Both the position numbers and the translations under genes were made by a program. This document shows positions 46,868 through 60,396 of a stretch of 64,000 bases of DNA, piece after piece (within the stretch, counting starts at the first letter, position 1; every line of letters begins with the position of its first letter). The DNA is from Eledone cirrhosa (taxonomy: Eukaryota), in NCBI GenBank assembly GCA_964016885.1, contig OZ024743.1, forward strand, positions 220,596,001-220,660,000, written 5' to 3'. Below the pieces are notes generated by a model. It ran no database searches and was not told where the DNA came from. It saw nothing but the letters and a program-made list of their open reading frames with translations.

Positions 46868-47130
46868 TCATACTGGGCGATTGAAGAAATTGTCTGATGT
46901 CGGCTTGACGTCATTCAGTAAGATTTCCTCACTGGGCTCTCGTCTTGTTGTAAAACGTTGAGGCATGTAACGGCGTGAATGACCTTCGTAGGAATAAGCT
47001 TGGTTTTCCAAGCCTGAATCTATAGGAACTGCTGGGATGAATCCATGTCCACTGCGTCGAGGTCCATTTACTGGATAGAAATGGTTCGTTTCTCGCTTAG
47101 GTGTCATCGCTGCTAACTCGCCCAGGTTAT
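46868..47130 (-). CDS. Probable host-gene exon, likely terminal, encoding a cytoplasmic-tail-like peptide (..NLGELAAMTPKRE...GLENQAYSY...FFNRPV*)
   Basis: Non-repetitive open frame with normal composition; acceptor ttaatttccattttcag immediately upstream; ENQAY resembles NxxY tail motifs; no other exons identified. Confidence 0.65.
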
Positions 47131-47623
47131 CTGAAAATGGAAATTAACAAAACAATGAAACATCATTAGATATATTACTATTACATTAATAAATTACGGC
47201 ATAATATATTACTGCTTTAATAAATTACTTTAAACAGTTTGGAGAGGATGAAAAAAAAAAAGATATAAACAATAATGTTTAATTAAACAAATGAAAATAT
47301 AAACAATATTTGATTAATTTACGAAGCATTGGATCAAATTTGAAATTTGAAAACATGTTTGCTTTTCCTCTTTGGAAGTCACCAAAATGTAAAGAACTAC
47401 TAACCATAGTTGAATATGTCGAGTAAAGTTCCCATGAAGATGTAAGAACTAGACAGAAAAACTAACAGGAACCGAACCATATATCTCAGAAAAACTAGCA
47501 GGAACCGAACCACAAGCATCCTCTAATTGTAATAGTTTGTTTTAAATAAGGGACAAGAAGGATTGTGTAACCCCACTGAAACCGACGCTGTTTCTATATT
47601 TTTCTAAAAGCTTTCAATATATT

Positions 47624-47989
47624 GTTATATAAGGCGGGGGGGGTCATGTTGTTCTAATATTTCCAGATAAATATGGTAAAACACACTCACTATTTGGTTT
47701 GGGTTTTGTTAAACAAACCAAACAGTGAGTGTGTTAAACTACATTTTTCTGGCATTATTAGAACAAGGGCGGTAGATTGGCAGTATCGGTAGAGGGTCGG
47801 ACACCATGCTTTGCAGCAAAGAGTTACGGCTCTTTATGGTCTGAGTTCAAATCCCGCCGAGGTTAACTTTGCCATTCATCCTTACAGGGTCGATAAAATA
47901 AAGTACCAGTAATACACTGGGATAATTGCTGGCCTTGTGCCAAAAGTAGGAACAATTATTAGAACAAGATGACCCTTCCCAAATATAAC
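47624..47989. mobile_element. Palindromic MITE-like element interrupted by a SINE; half copy at 10785-10866
   Basis: GTTATA..GGGTCATGTTGTTCTAATA..ACACACTCACT..TTTGGTTTG mirrored by CAAACCAAACAGTGAGTGTGT..TATTAGAACAAGATGACCC..TATAAC. Confidence 0.7.
47768..47954 (+). mobile_element. tRNA-derived SINE family 1 with 14-bp TSD ATTATTAGAACAAG
   Basis: A-box TGGCAGTATCGG, B-box GAGTTCAAATCC; TSD at 47754-47767 and 47955-47968. Confidence 0.85.
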
Positions 47990-49659
47990 GATATATGTTT
48001 CAATACACGATTTTTATCAAAAACCTTACAAAACAAGTACATCGCCGTCACTTTCAATATAGTTTGATGTAAGAACCTTTGTTAAGTTATGCTCGAAACA
48101 TTAGATAAATAATATAAAAAGTTAGTTACATTACTAAAACCCACCAAATTCTTGATTATTTTCAAAACATTTGAAACACATAGACAGCGTATTTCATTAG
48201 AAATATGGTAACGAAAGGGAGAGTGCAGAGTTGCTATATATACAGATAGTTACATATTTCAATAAAAAGAACAGCCATCATACTCAACAACAAAAGTCAA
48301 AAAGGACTATAGTAATAGTGATAATTTCTGACATATAGATTGGTCTCGAAATTTGGAGGAGCTACAAATCTCGCCATTCTGTGCACTGGGTTAAAATCCC
48401 ATTGAGGTAAACTTTGCTTTTTATCCTTTCGAGGTGGATAAATAAAATACCTATCCCCTACTAAATTCAGTCATTCCTCTATATCTTTTTCTCATCCACT
48501 TTCTCACAATATCACCCACTTTCTCTATGTTCAGACCTGGCTCATTCAAGTTTAAATGCCCACCTTCCGCCGTCCATCACTAAGAAATCTCCATGACTCA
48601 ATTAGGCCAATGGTGTAAGTCATGGCATGACATAGGTGGTTTAATCGATCTTAGTATTTGGATGGTGTTTGTTCTTTCGCCCCTGGAAGGGTGGAAAGTG
48701 AAATTGACCGATGCAAGATTTGAACCCCCGAACGTCAAAAAACGTAAATAGATGCAGCATTATATTTGGTCCAAGCTCTACCGAGTTTGCCATTCCTCCT
48801 TAAGACGCAATTATTTTAATGATAATATGACGATTTATGTGATAGACACAGCTCACAGACGTTAGGAAAGGTTATGTTCAATGAAATCGATCAAAGTATT
48901 TGACTCGTGTTTCTTCTATTCCTACTGGGGTATTAAAATCGAAAATGAGCCCCGACTGAATTTGAATTCAGACCATAAATTTATAAGACGTTCTACCGTT
49001 TCTGTTATCGAAAAAATTATAATTATGCTGAGATTGATGAAGTGTTTATAAGTGGAAGTTTCTGAAGCAAACTTTTCTCAAGTGAACACGATTCAAGTCA
49101 GTCACACGTAAATATTAATTTTAATGACGTAATCAACATGCCACAGAGGAGTGACTTAACAAATAACAAATAAATGAAAGGTAGAACAGAACTATCTGAA
49201 ATTATGATGGTTCTTCCGTTGGTTTCGACGATGAGCATTCAGATGTTCGATCAACTGAACGCCCAACTCATGAATTAACGTGTACATTGTTGAATATTCC
49301 GACACCAAATCAGCATGATACAATATATAACAAGACAGGATGTTTGAATAGCAGATGTAATTCCTCCTACTGGCAATCCACACAGATTCCACCGTCCCAA
49401 TAAAGTAATATATCTAAACTTTTCATTATTACATCGATGTTTAGAACGTAATATGAGAAAAGCTTCTTATATAAAATTGTAATGGTAGGTTTAAATTTAA
49501 ATATGAATACTTTAAAATAAACGGTTGTTCATCATAGCAGGGACAATCCCAGGCTGTTTGGTATGAAAAGAGTTAAGAAAACCAGACCTATTAATCAGAT
49601 ATAATCGAATGAATCAGCCAAATAATGATGAAATAGGTGATATTGTTATGTATGGTATG

Positions 49660-49985
49660 GTATGGCATGGTATAGTTCCGTAACTTCTGATGGAGTCGTA
49701 GTGACATTTCATGGGCATTTTAAGCCTGGCAGAGCCCATCCCTGTCCAGGCCGAAATACAGCAGATTTCTTCCAAAGAAGGATAGAAAATGACAGAGAGA
49801 CAGGGAGAAAGAGCTATAGAGGAAGAATTGACCCCAGTACTAGACTGATACTTTTTTTATCGACCTCGAAAGGATGACAGGCAAAGTTGATCTCGGCGGG
49901 ATTTGAATTCAGAGAGCAGAGAGACGAAAAGAACAACACATAGCACTCCATTTGACAGTCTAACGACTCTGCCAATTCGCTGCCG
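49660..49985 (-). mobile_element. SINE family 1 long form
   Basis: Colinear with 6500-6810. Confidence 0.65.
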
Positions 49986-50227
49986 ATATATATTGTTAAG
50001 TAGCTGGAAAAAAATGTCTGTTATTTAGTTCCGGACCTCCAGGTACAGAGTTTAAATTATCAAATTTCGTTTTGGTCAAATTTGCTTTTTATCCTTCCGA
50101 AATCGATAAAATATGAAGTACTATTCATATTTTGTAGTCGATTTAGTATTTCTATAAATCACCCTAAATGTCACTAGTGTTATTATAAAAGAAAGAATTG
50201 TGAAAATTGCTCCACTGCCTTCCTTAA

Positions 50228-50720
50228 GCTAGGCTGTTTTTATCAGTCCGATGGCCACGGCGAAAGACGTCGTGTGGTGTACGCGTTTGAACGGGTTGGG
50301 GGCAAGAATGTTTCTCTTCGACGAAGCCCTGATTAACTTCTTCAAGTTTCACTTGAAGAGGAAAATAAAGATTGAGAGGGAGATACTGCCTTCCAGCCAA
50401 TTTGTTGAAAGATGGATGAAAAAGGTGAGTATGCTCCGAGTGAACGGGTCTGCTTTGAGTATGCGCTTGTAGACTGCAGGACAACTGGGAGAGGGCACTT
50501 GCCCTAGTGGTTACGGAGACCGTTGCTTTTTGTGGGCTTTCTCCATGAATGACCCTGCTATTTGGGGAATTTGTCTTTGTTTGAATTTTTACATGTTTTC
50601 CTTGAATTTTTGTTGTAAAGTTTTACACAAAAAAGCCCATACGGTATCTTCCTTTGCTATCCTTGTGTCCTTCTTAATGTTTTCTTAATGTGAGCCGTGT
50701 GTAGGTAATAAGGAAACCAT
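50228..50720 (+). mobile_element. 5'-truncated 3' end of a related L1/Tx1 LINE
   Basis: MATAKDVVWCTRLNGL...FFKFHLKRKIKIEREILPSSQFVERWMK..RVNGSALSMRL aligns to 17487-17801; AATAAA at ~50707. Confidence 0.88.
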
Positions 50721-50894
50721 TATTATAGAAGAAAAGGAATAAGATCTATGTCACCAATTGAACATAGGAAAAGGAAAGTCAAAGCCAATAGGCCTTTAAC
50801 TGTGGAGGAAGTCGTAGGAGCGCCTTGGACATTTAAAACTTGGTGGAGCTCATCCCTCTCCAGGACTGAACACAGCAGATTTCTCAGAGAGAGT

Positions 50895-50966
<72 letters not shown>

Positions 50967-52982
50967 AAGGAATAAGAAAGGCAAATTAACCTCGACGATA
51001 TTTGAACTCAGAGCACAGAGATATAATACAGAGGATAAATACAGAGGCTAATAATCCAACTCCCAAATGTCAGTGTACCGTCTTGTTTTAATAGAGAAGG
51101 TTTATAAAGCCATGTCAGTCAAATGACTGTTCTTTAATTATATATAAAAAAAACCCTTCAAACATGAAGTTGAAGAAAATATTGATTTCCTATATTGGCA
51201 CAGGTCCACAGAGATTTAAGGGCAGTTTATAATCAATTCAATCAACTCCTAGTATATTACTGGAATTTTATGTATCGAACTTCGAGCCGATTATACAGTA
51301 AAGTCGGCGCTTTTTGAAATATATCGAAGAAAATATTAATTATTGCATATCCTTGCGTTTGTTATTCACAATTTATCAATATTGTTGTTATAATCTAAAG
51401 CTTTTCCCCAAATGCTTTCATTTGATATTATAATAAAATATGAGATAATATTTTAACTATTATTTACTCGTAATCTATATTCATAGTTCAATCAAGCAAT
51501 CAACCATGCACCAATAGATCGATTACCGAAATTAATTAATATTTATTTATTTCATGAAAATGTAATATGAGTATAACGAATCCTGGGAAGCATCTGGATA
51601 ATATATTTAAGATTTCGCAAAGAGAAATATCCTTGAATGTAATGTTAAACCCATTGACTTTATAGAAAGGATGGGACCGGAGAAGCGTTAAGAAATTTTA
51701 ACGCTTCCGCTGTTATGCTGACAACCTATCGACTCGACTAAATCAGTTGGATTTCTCCACCTTTACGTTTGTGTGCAGTAATATTATTCTTCCTATTCCA
51801 ATTTCACTTCGTTCCATTCCGTTCCTCTATAGAAACATGCTTATCACTCTCAATATTTAGATAAACAAATATTAAAGAAAATGAGAAAAAAAGAGAAAAA
51901 GTAAAAGAATTTGGGAAAGAGCTGATTACTACTCATTTAAGTCGCTAGAGCACAAACGGATTCATCAGCAATAGCCTCTTCCTGATGTTTAAATAACAGA
52001 AGCAAAAAACAAAAAGCAGAAATAAACTAGAGTAATAATAATAATAACAATAATATTAATAAGAAGAATAACAACAACATTAATAACAATAATAATAATA
52101 ATAATAATAGTAATAATAATAATAATGAGTGTAAAAAGTGAAAGTGAAAGAAGACCGAAAGAAGACTATTATTAATCCTCATTTCAGTAAATTTAATTCG
52201 GAAATCGATTACATAAAAAATCAATAGAATTCCTTTGAGTAAAAATAACAACAACAACAGCAGCAAAAACAAAAATAAAACTACAACAAAAAAGCGAGGA
52301 CTACTCCAACACTAAAAATTAATAAAGCATATTTAGCTTCAATATTCTACATTTCATAAAAACTGAACAGCCTCACAAGTAAGGCTAATTAAAAAGAAAG
52401 AAATGGAATAAGTCGGGATAACGTCACTTTTTTTTTCTCCTATTTATTTATTTATTTATTTATTTATTTTGTTGTTTTTACAAGAAAATCTGTTTGGAAA
52501 TTTCTGTGTTGTCGAGAAATCTACTTTCTGAGAGAAACTTTATCTTAATGAAAAGTTTCCAGACTTGGATCGAATATTTTGGCACGGGAAAGATCTTTTT
52601 AATGTCTTTTATTGACACAGACTGTGGTGAAATTTATTTAGTCTCTATTCTCTTCATTTGGGCTCTCTAGCAATAATTAATAAAATCTGGTGGGTGTTGT
52701 TATACGTACTTCCAGAGTTACCTTTCTTTCTCTCTACTTACGTACTTACACTGCAATATAGAGGCCTGATGTCCTACAAGGAACAGTGGAGGTTGTCAAA
52801 GAAAACAATTACTGCACAATAGAGAGAGAACAGAAAAAACCCTAGCCGAGATTTGAGATCTGGAAAGAGTACGCGCCAGATAGAGAAGACTGGTTGACAA
52901 CATGTCTCAACAGCGTCCCTGGGATTCCAATAGGATTTGAGTACGGTCTGAAACACTGCACGCATCAAGATACACACACATG

Positions 52983-53019
<37 letters not shown>

Positions 53020-53020
53020 C

Positions 53021-53218
53021 AGTAGTAACACAACAATTAGTTCACCACATCGAGGACAATTGTTTCACCTTAGCGGACCAGTCCGAGCTGAAGATCCGCT
53101 AAGGCGAGACAATTATTCTCGGTATGGTGAACTAACTGTTGTGTTACTACTTCTACCAAACTCGTCCCATGGACTGAGTGCTCTACCACTACGGATATTA
53201 CCTTCCAGTTTTCTACCT
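53021..53218 (+). mobile_element. PLE-like family C: palindrome 53021-53151 with reconstructable HHR, plus tail
   Basis: CGAG-CTGAAGA-TCCGCTAAGGY-GAAAC-AATT-GTC-CTCG, combining the two arms. Confidence 0.75.
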
Positions 53219-53249
53219 CTCGCTCTCTCTCTCTATATATATATATAAT

Positions 53250-53571
53250 GAAGGAAGTGTGGTAGGAACCAGGTGGACCATAACGCGTCGAAACAGCTTG
53301 AGCTCTGCCGTCGGGGTCTTGACTATCTTGCAATATATATATATATATATATATATAGGAAAATGTATGATCCCGACAGCAGAGCTCAAGCCGTTTCGAC
53401 GGCTATTTCTGGACTAAATTAGAATTTTCTAATTTAGTCCAGAAATAGCCGTCGAAACGGCTTGAGCTCTGCCGTCGGGGTCATACATTTTCCTATTACC
53501 CACTCTACTACCATAAGTATTGAGTACTCTGGTGCGTTATGGTCTATCTGGTTCCTTACCACAACTCCTTC

Positions 53572-53575
<4 letters not shown>
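53250..53575. mobile_element. PLE-like family B: fused fragment (53250-53330), fold-back palindrome (53355-53496) and tail (to 53575)
   Basis: 70-bp arms around a 2-nt centre; tail matches 22770-22845. Confidence 0.75.
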
Positions 53576-53610
<35 letters not shown>

Positions 53611-55542
53611 AAAGTTATCTCAAATGTGTATGTGTGTGTGCGTATGTGTATATATTTATATATGTACATGTGAGTTCGATTGCTAGCGATACGTTGTGTT
53701 CTTTAACAAAACACTTTATTTCACGTTACCCCAGTCCACTAAGTTGGCAAAACTGAATTATTGTACGTGTAATTCAAATAGCTAGTCTAGTCAAACAATG
53801 AATCTCCCCAAGAATTGCGTTAAGGGTAAATGCATCTGTAGAGTGCTCAGTCACTTGCATGCAAATTTCACGGGCAGGCAGTCCCGGTGAAATAAACAAG
53901 TAAATGAACATTGTTGACACCTACGGAGGGATCCATCATCACCATATATACATGTCTTTCGGCATCTGGTCTCTTTAATTTAATTGTAGTCCCGTGTCAA
54001 GTGCAGACCGCGGTTGGGCATTTGGCCTCTAGAATGTTTTTGGGTAGTAACTACACTCACCAGCTGAACCTTATGAACTCAGGAAAGTCAACCGTCACAA
54101 TCTATATTGTACGGTACACGTGTCTATTAATTTCACGTGCAAGGTCTTCCGTTATACAAACGACTGGAACACACGTCGCTGGAGTCAACTGAATAAATGT
54201 TAGAATTTATCTAAAGCTATAAATTCTTTAAGTGGCTTCTGTTTACTTGTTTTCACTTTAGCCGTCTTACCTAGGTAAAATCAATGTAACGTGGCCCATA
54301 AATCTTGGTGGAAAAAGACGAATGTCAAGATGATACACAGCGATTGAACACAGAGCGTGGTGAGGTTGAACAAATACCGAGGAATATGTAATCCAACGTC
54401 CCTAACGATTCGTCGCCTTCAATCTTACTTATATACTTACTTATGTATTATCAAATTAAAAGCCTATCTTTACATTTATCTGCCTATGGGATGTATCTAT
54501 AAAAGTTTATTTAGCATTCATAACTTAGATATCTCAATGGTTCAACTTTTCAATTACAAATTCAGAAACGTCTTTTATCTTTTGTTGCGCTTCAAATATA
54601 TCATTTTGATATTTATAATCTTTTCTACAAAAGGAAACGGAGGGGTGGCGTATGTGAGAGAGGGATATATATATATGATATATCAACAGTAAAATTAATC
54701 GTCAGATTGGACCAAGAAAATAATGTTTCCATTGGTCTTACATTGCTGATACTATCTACTGGTCGTAACTGGTAGCAGAAGAAGTAAAGTGAAATACAGT
54801 GTTTTACTCAAGAACACAATGCGCCTTTCAGTTCAGGAATCCCTTTATGTTGAAATCATGTGGTCTCCTGGTTAGGGTGTTGGAGCGACGATCATAAAGT
54901 CGTTAGCTCGATTCCTGGGGCAAGTAGCGGTTTTTGTTTTTCAGCAAAATACTACATTTCACGTTTACGACTGGCAATGGATAAAACAATCTCCAAGTAC
55001 GTAGTCCTTTAAAGAACAATTATTTTATTTTAAATTAAAATGTCATATTCTATCGTATATATTTACAGTCAGGAAAAAAATAAAAAAGAAGATAAACGAG
55101 AGAAACAAAGAAAGACATACGAAGAAGAGAGGGAAATAGGGAGCGGGAAACTGCCGTCTTGCCTCCGCCAAGATGACGGACACATTGCCGCAGTGAACAG
55201 TCAGCGATGCAGGGTACTTAAGCAGACGAGATACCGTCCTCTCGATCTGGCAGAGAAACAACAATCTGGGGAGTGAAGACAATGGAGGTCTCTATGACAA
55301 AAAAGGAAACGGTCAGTGAATGCCTGCTAATTTAATTATCTGCCTTTGCTATGCGTTGTGAGCTGCGGCACCGGCATTTGAGACCAAAGCGATGAGGTTT
55401 AAAGATGATTCTGCGATTTTCTCTCAGGATTCAGTCAAACACGAACGAGGAAGGCGGTGACAAGTGGAAGATTTAGACGGAAGGAAGACAGCGTGAAGTG
55501 AAGGAAGAGAAGTGAGTATGGGAGAAGAACGGCTTTTTACTA

Positions 55543-55587
<45 letters not shown>

Positions 55588-56164
55588 GATATGGCGAGAG
55601 GGGGGAGGGAGAAGATTGAAGAAAGAGAAAAATAGAAAGAGAGAGAAAAAAGAAGAGAGAGAACCTCTGAACAAAGAGATTGCAGTTAACGTACGTGTAC
55701 TTGTGTGAATGTAAGAATGTGTGCGTGTATAGGTGTGTATTTGCGCGTAAGGTAGACATTAATGCAACATACAGATACATACACACACATACACATGCAC
55801 ACACGCACACACACATGCACACACTATCCACTCGTATATACATTATGTGCATCTCTCTTTGTGTTTCCATGTTTTATAGACTTGTGTGATCATTTCATGT
55901 ATGTATCACACTTTTGCTCACTTTCTCCCTCCCTACTTCTATCTCTCTATATATAAATGTATGTGTGTATATATCTATGTATGTATTTATATATGTGTGT
56001 ATATATATGTGTATATATATATATATGTGTGTATATATATATATATATACACATATATATGTATGTATATATATATATATGTATATCTGTCTGTCTGTAT
56101 GTATGTATGCATACATGTATGTATATATGTATGTGTGTATGTATGCATGTATATATATATATTA

Positions 56165-56846
56165 TGTCAGGTCACCAGTTGGTGCTACTGGTAACATGTA
56201 TCCCAGTACAACCTGTTTCATGGTCGGGTCGTTGACGACTAAACTGGCAACCCCACCAAGGTTTCTTGGTGAGGAGGGTGACTTTGGACATCCTGCAGGA
56301 CTAAAAACAAAACCTGTCAAATGGCAAAGGAGCTCTTAAGAGTCAATGGCCATCCAAAATCACCGGGAGAGATGACCCCTTAGCCTTTGTCAAGGCAGAA
56401 TTTTAGGAGAAGGAAAACTCTGATATAACACCTCCAACCCTCATGGTATCCAATGATGTTGACTTGTTCTTCTTTTTTGTAAATATCATCTTGGTTAAGA
56501 GAGTGGGACTGGCTTTGTGCAGTGCCTTTGCTCACTATAAAAGCTTCACGGCACAGGCATTGCTTTATATCTGGAGATCTCTCTGCAATTGTCATCACAT
56601 GGTACCATGGGCCCAGCACTATGTGTCAATAATTGTCACAGGTGTAGTGTTTGTACCAGAGTTTTCAAATCGCTGGCTGGACTAAAAGGTCACACTCGTT
56701 CAGCGCATCGGTAGGGGTTCTCCTACATGGATATAAAGTAGTGGTCGTACTCGAAAACGAGCTGGCAGCCACCATGTATGTATGTATGTATGTATGTATG
56801 TATGTATGTATGTATGTATGTATGTATGTATGTATGTATGTATGTA
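56165..56846 (+). mobile_element. Longest copy of the ~600-bp RTE-related non-autonomous element with (TATG)n tail
   Basis: Reference for copies at 8.0-9.9 kb and 61.8-62.8 kb. Confidence 0.75.
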
Positions 56847-58748
56847 TGTGTGTCTCTCTGTCTGTATGAACGTATGTACGTATGTATATATGCATGTATA
56901 TATGTATGCTTGTATGTATGCAGGTATGTATGTATGCATGTATATATGTATGCACGTATGTATATATGTATGCATATATGTTTATAAATATGTATCTATG
57001 TATGTTTATATGTATGCATGTATGTATGTATGCATGTATGTATGTCTGCTTGTATGCTTGTATGCATGTATCCATGTATATATGAATGCATGCATGTATA
57101 TATGTATGTATGCTTATAAGTATGTATGCATGAACATATCTACGTATGTATATATGTATGTTTATATGTAAGCATGTATGCTTGTATGCTTGTATGCATG
57201 TATGCATCTATATATGTATGCATGTGTGTATATAGATATGTATGCTTATAAGTATGTATACATATATGTACGTATGTATATAAGTATGTATGTATGCATG
57301 TATGTATGTATGTATGTATGCTTGTATGCATGTATATATGTATGCATGTATGTATATAGGTATGTATATTTATAAATATGTATGTATGAACGTATGTACG
57401 TATGCAGATAAATATGTATATACGTATGCATTTATGAATGTATGTATGTATGTATGTATGCTTGTATGCATGTATGCATGTATATATGTATCTATGTATT
57501 TACGTATGTATGATTATTTGTATGTATGTATATTTGTATATTTCTATGTACGTATTTACGTATGTATGCATGCATGTATATATATATATATATATATATA
57601 TATGTTTGTATGTTTCTGTGGGTGTCTTTATCTGTACATACGTGTGTAACTCAGTAAAGTTAGAGGCGACATGTAGTTGTGTCAGCTTCACATGACATGA
57701 TCATACTAATTATATCATTACACCAATTAACAAGTTCTAAAGCCTATTTCTAAATCTGTGGCGTCTCTTTTGTGTCTAACTATATTTAATTGTTATTTGT
57801 TAGTTCAGTTAATGCTGTAACAAGATCCACATCTATAAACCCAATAAACGTATAATACTGTTACGTAAATGCTGTATGATTGAATGGGTAAGAAGTATGG
57901 TTCGCAATCATGAGTTCACATGTTCGATCTCACTGTCTGTTATTTATTATAGCCTCGGGCCGACTCAGGCTTTGTCAGTGAGAATGTAGGTGGAAACTAT
58001 CTGGATGCCCACTCGATGGACTGTACCTGTAATTCAAAAGGCCAGCTTTATCTGACATTGATTTATGTTAAAGGTACACTTGTCTATGGTATACTTAGCC
58101 ATTTACACGTTGAATTTACCAGCTGGCAGGTTAGTGGCGCAAAACTAACGGAAATCCGCACCACTTTTGCTGGTATTGTTGTTGTTGTTGTTGTCGACGT
58201 TGTCAGTGTTATTGTTGTTGTCGTCGTCGTTGTTGTGGTTTTTGTTGTTGTTGTTGGACAGATGTCGTTTCAGACTACAAGTATTCCATTTGTTCCAATA
58301 ACGGAACTGAATGTCCGAGAAAGTAATACTCAAATAACAGAACATTCACAGAAATGTGCAGACTTAACGTAATTCTCAGGGAGTTGCAGCGTGACTCACT
58401 TGTTTTCAGTTGAGGGGACTGGTGCTTGGTGAAATAGGGTCTTCCTGAAAGAGGCTACGCCCCGCCGGGAATCGAACTCACAATTATACGATGGTGAGGT
58501 TTAATATTCTAAGTAGTAAGGCACACGTCTTAACGAAACAAGTAATAGCAAATCTCATACTACTACAGAACATATTTGACTGGTCTTAACCACGAGTTGG
58601 CTGTATTGATATGGTTACCGTAAAATGTGGCAATAGGTTAATGTTTCGTATATCTTCACTGGTGTTTCCTCAGGTAAGTAGTCAGAGCATATAGCTCTCA
58701 ATATCTTATGTTACTCTTTATATATTATATATATATATATATATATAT

Positions 58749-58904
58749 GGACACACTGGAAGAGGAAGACCAAGGTTAACGTATATTGATGCCCTAAGGA
58801 CAGACACTGGTCTGTTGGAGACACAGGACATGGCAGCGATAATGAGGGACAGAGACCGTTGGAGAGAACTCGTCCATGGATCTCGGGAATTTTACCCGCC
58901 CTAG
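58749..58904 (+). mobile_element. RTE-clade LINE ORF C-terminal fragment
   Basis: GHTGRGRPRLTYIDALRTDTGLLETQDMAAIMRDRDRWRELVHGSR: GRP..T(W/Y).D...DR..WR signature. Confidence 0.8.
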
Positions 58905-58966
58905 ATACAATTCGGATCTAGCTGTCGAAACGGCCGGAGCTCAGCCGTCGGGGTCCTCATTCTTTT

Positions 58967-59036
<70 letters not shown>

Positions 59037-59231
59037 GAGAGATTGAGAGAGGGAGGGAGATAGAGAGAAAGAAAAGAAAGAAAGAGAGAGAGTGTTAGAT
59101 AAGGTACTCAGTAGAATATTAGATTATAGGCGTCTTTATAATAGGAATAGAAGAGGACCAGAACTGTTTCATTCGTGTGAAATCATCAGGACATTCCTGG
59201 TGATTTTATATGAATAGAAATAGATAAATAA

Positions 59232-59291
<60 letters not shown>

Positions 59292-59312
59292 AGAAAGAGA
59301 GTGAGAGAGAGA

Positions 59313-59378
<66 letters not shown>

Positions 59379-59862
59379 ATATGTATACATACATATGTAT
59401 ATGTGTATGTATTCTTGAACATGTTCAGTTCAAATTCAATCACTCCTTACTCTCAGCTGACGATAATATTTTTTTACTTCAGCAGTATGTTTCTATTAAA
59501 AACATACGTGCGTCACGCCCTGATACTTAATGTCTGATTACATGTATTTAACTAGGAATAATGACGCTTCTATTCTAGTTTGCTAATTAGATATAGATAC
59601 GTGCTATTTACTGAATCAATACAATAAACTAGATTGTGAATTTTCTTCGAGCTTTTCTCTTGAGTTCTTAGTAAGACTTTTAACATATATTTCTTATCAT
59701 CCTCAGAAATTTTAAGGGAACATTATATATACATACACACACAAACAAATACACACACACATATATATTTATACACACGTATATAAATATATACATATGC
59801 ATACATACATACATATACATACATATACATATATGTACATACACGTATACATATATACATGC

Positions 59863-59921
<59 letters not shown>

Positions 59922-59924
<3 letters not shown>

Positions 59925-60120
59925 GTTATTCCGGGTTGAATCGGAGGTAACCACAGTAAGTAAGGTACTCAATACATTGCAGAGTATAAAAGTTTTAATA
60001 CAGATTAGATTCTACAGGACTAGAACTGTTTAATTCTTTAGAAATCATCAGGATTCCTGATGATTTCTAAAGAATGAAACACTTCTAGTCCTCCTGTAGA
60101 ATCTCATCTATATTAAAACT
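59922..60120. mobile_element. PLE-like family A palindrome (59991-60120) with HHR core, in (TA)n
   Basis: TCATCAGG att CCTGATGA centre; CTGATGA-TTTCTAAAGAAT-GAAAC. Confidence 0.75.
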
Positions 60121-60142
60121 ATATATATATATATATATATTC

Positions 60143-60353
<211 letters not shown>

Positions 60354-60354
60354 T

Positions 60355-60396
<42 letters not shown>

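Noticed and set aside
47768-47860. tRNA gene
   Set aside because: A/B boxes are present but continue into a multicopy SINE body with TSD; no full cloverleaf
52750-52785. Possible 24-nt minus-strand micro-exon (ttccttgtag ... gtaagt)
   Set aside because: Splice-like signals alone are common by chance; no supporting evidence
55040-55440. GC-richer island with short ORFs on both strands
   Set aside because: No recognisable homology, splice signals or repeat partner in the window
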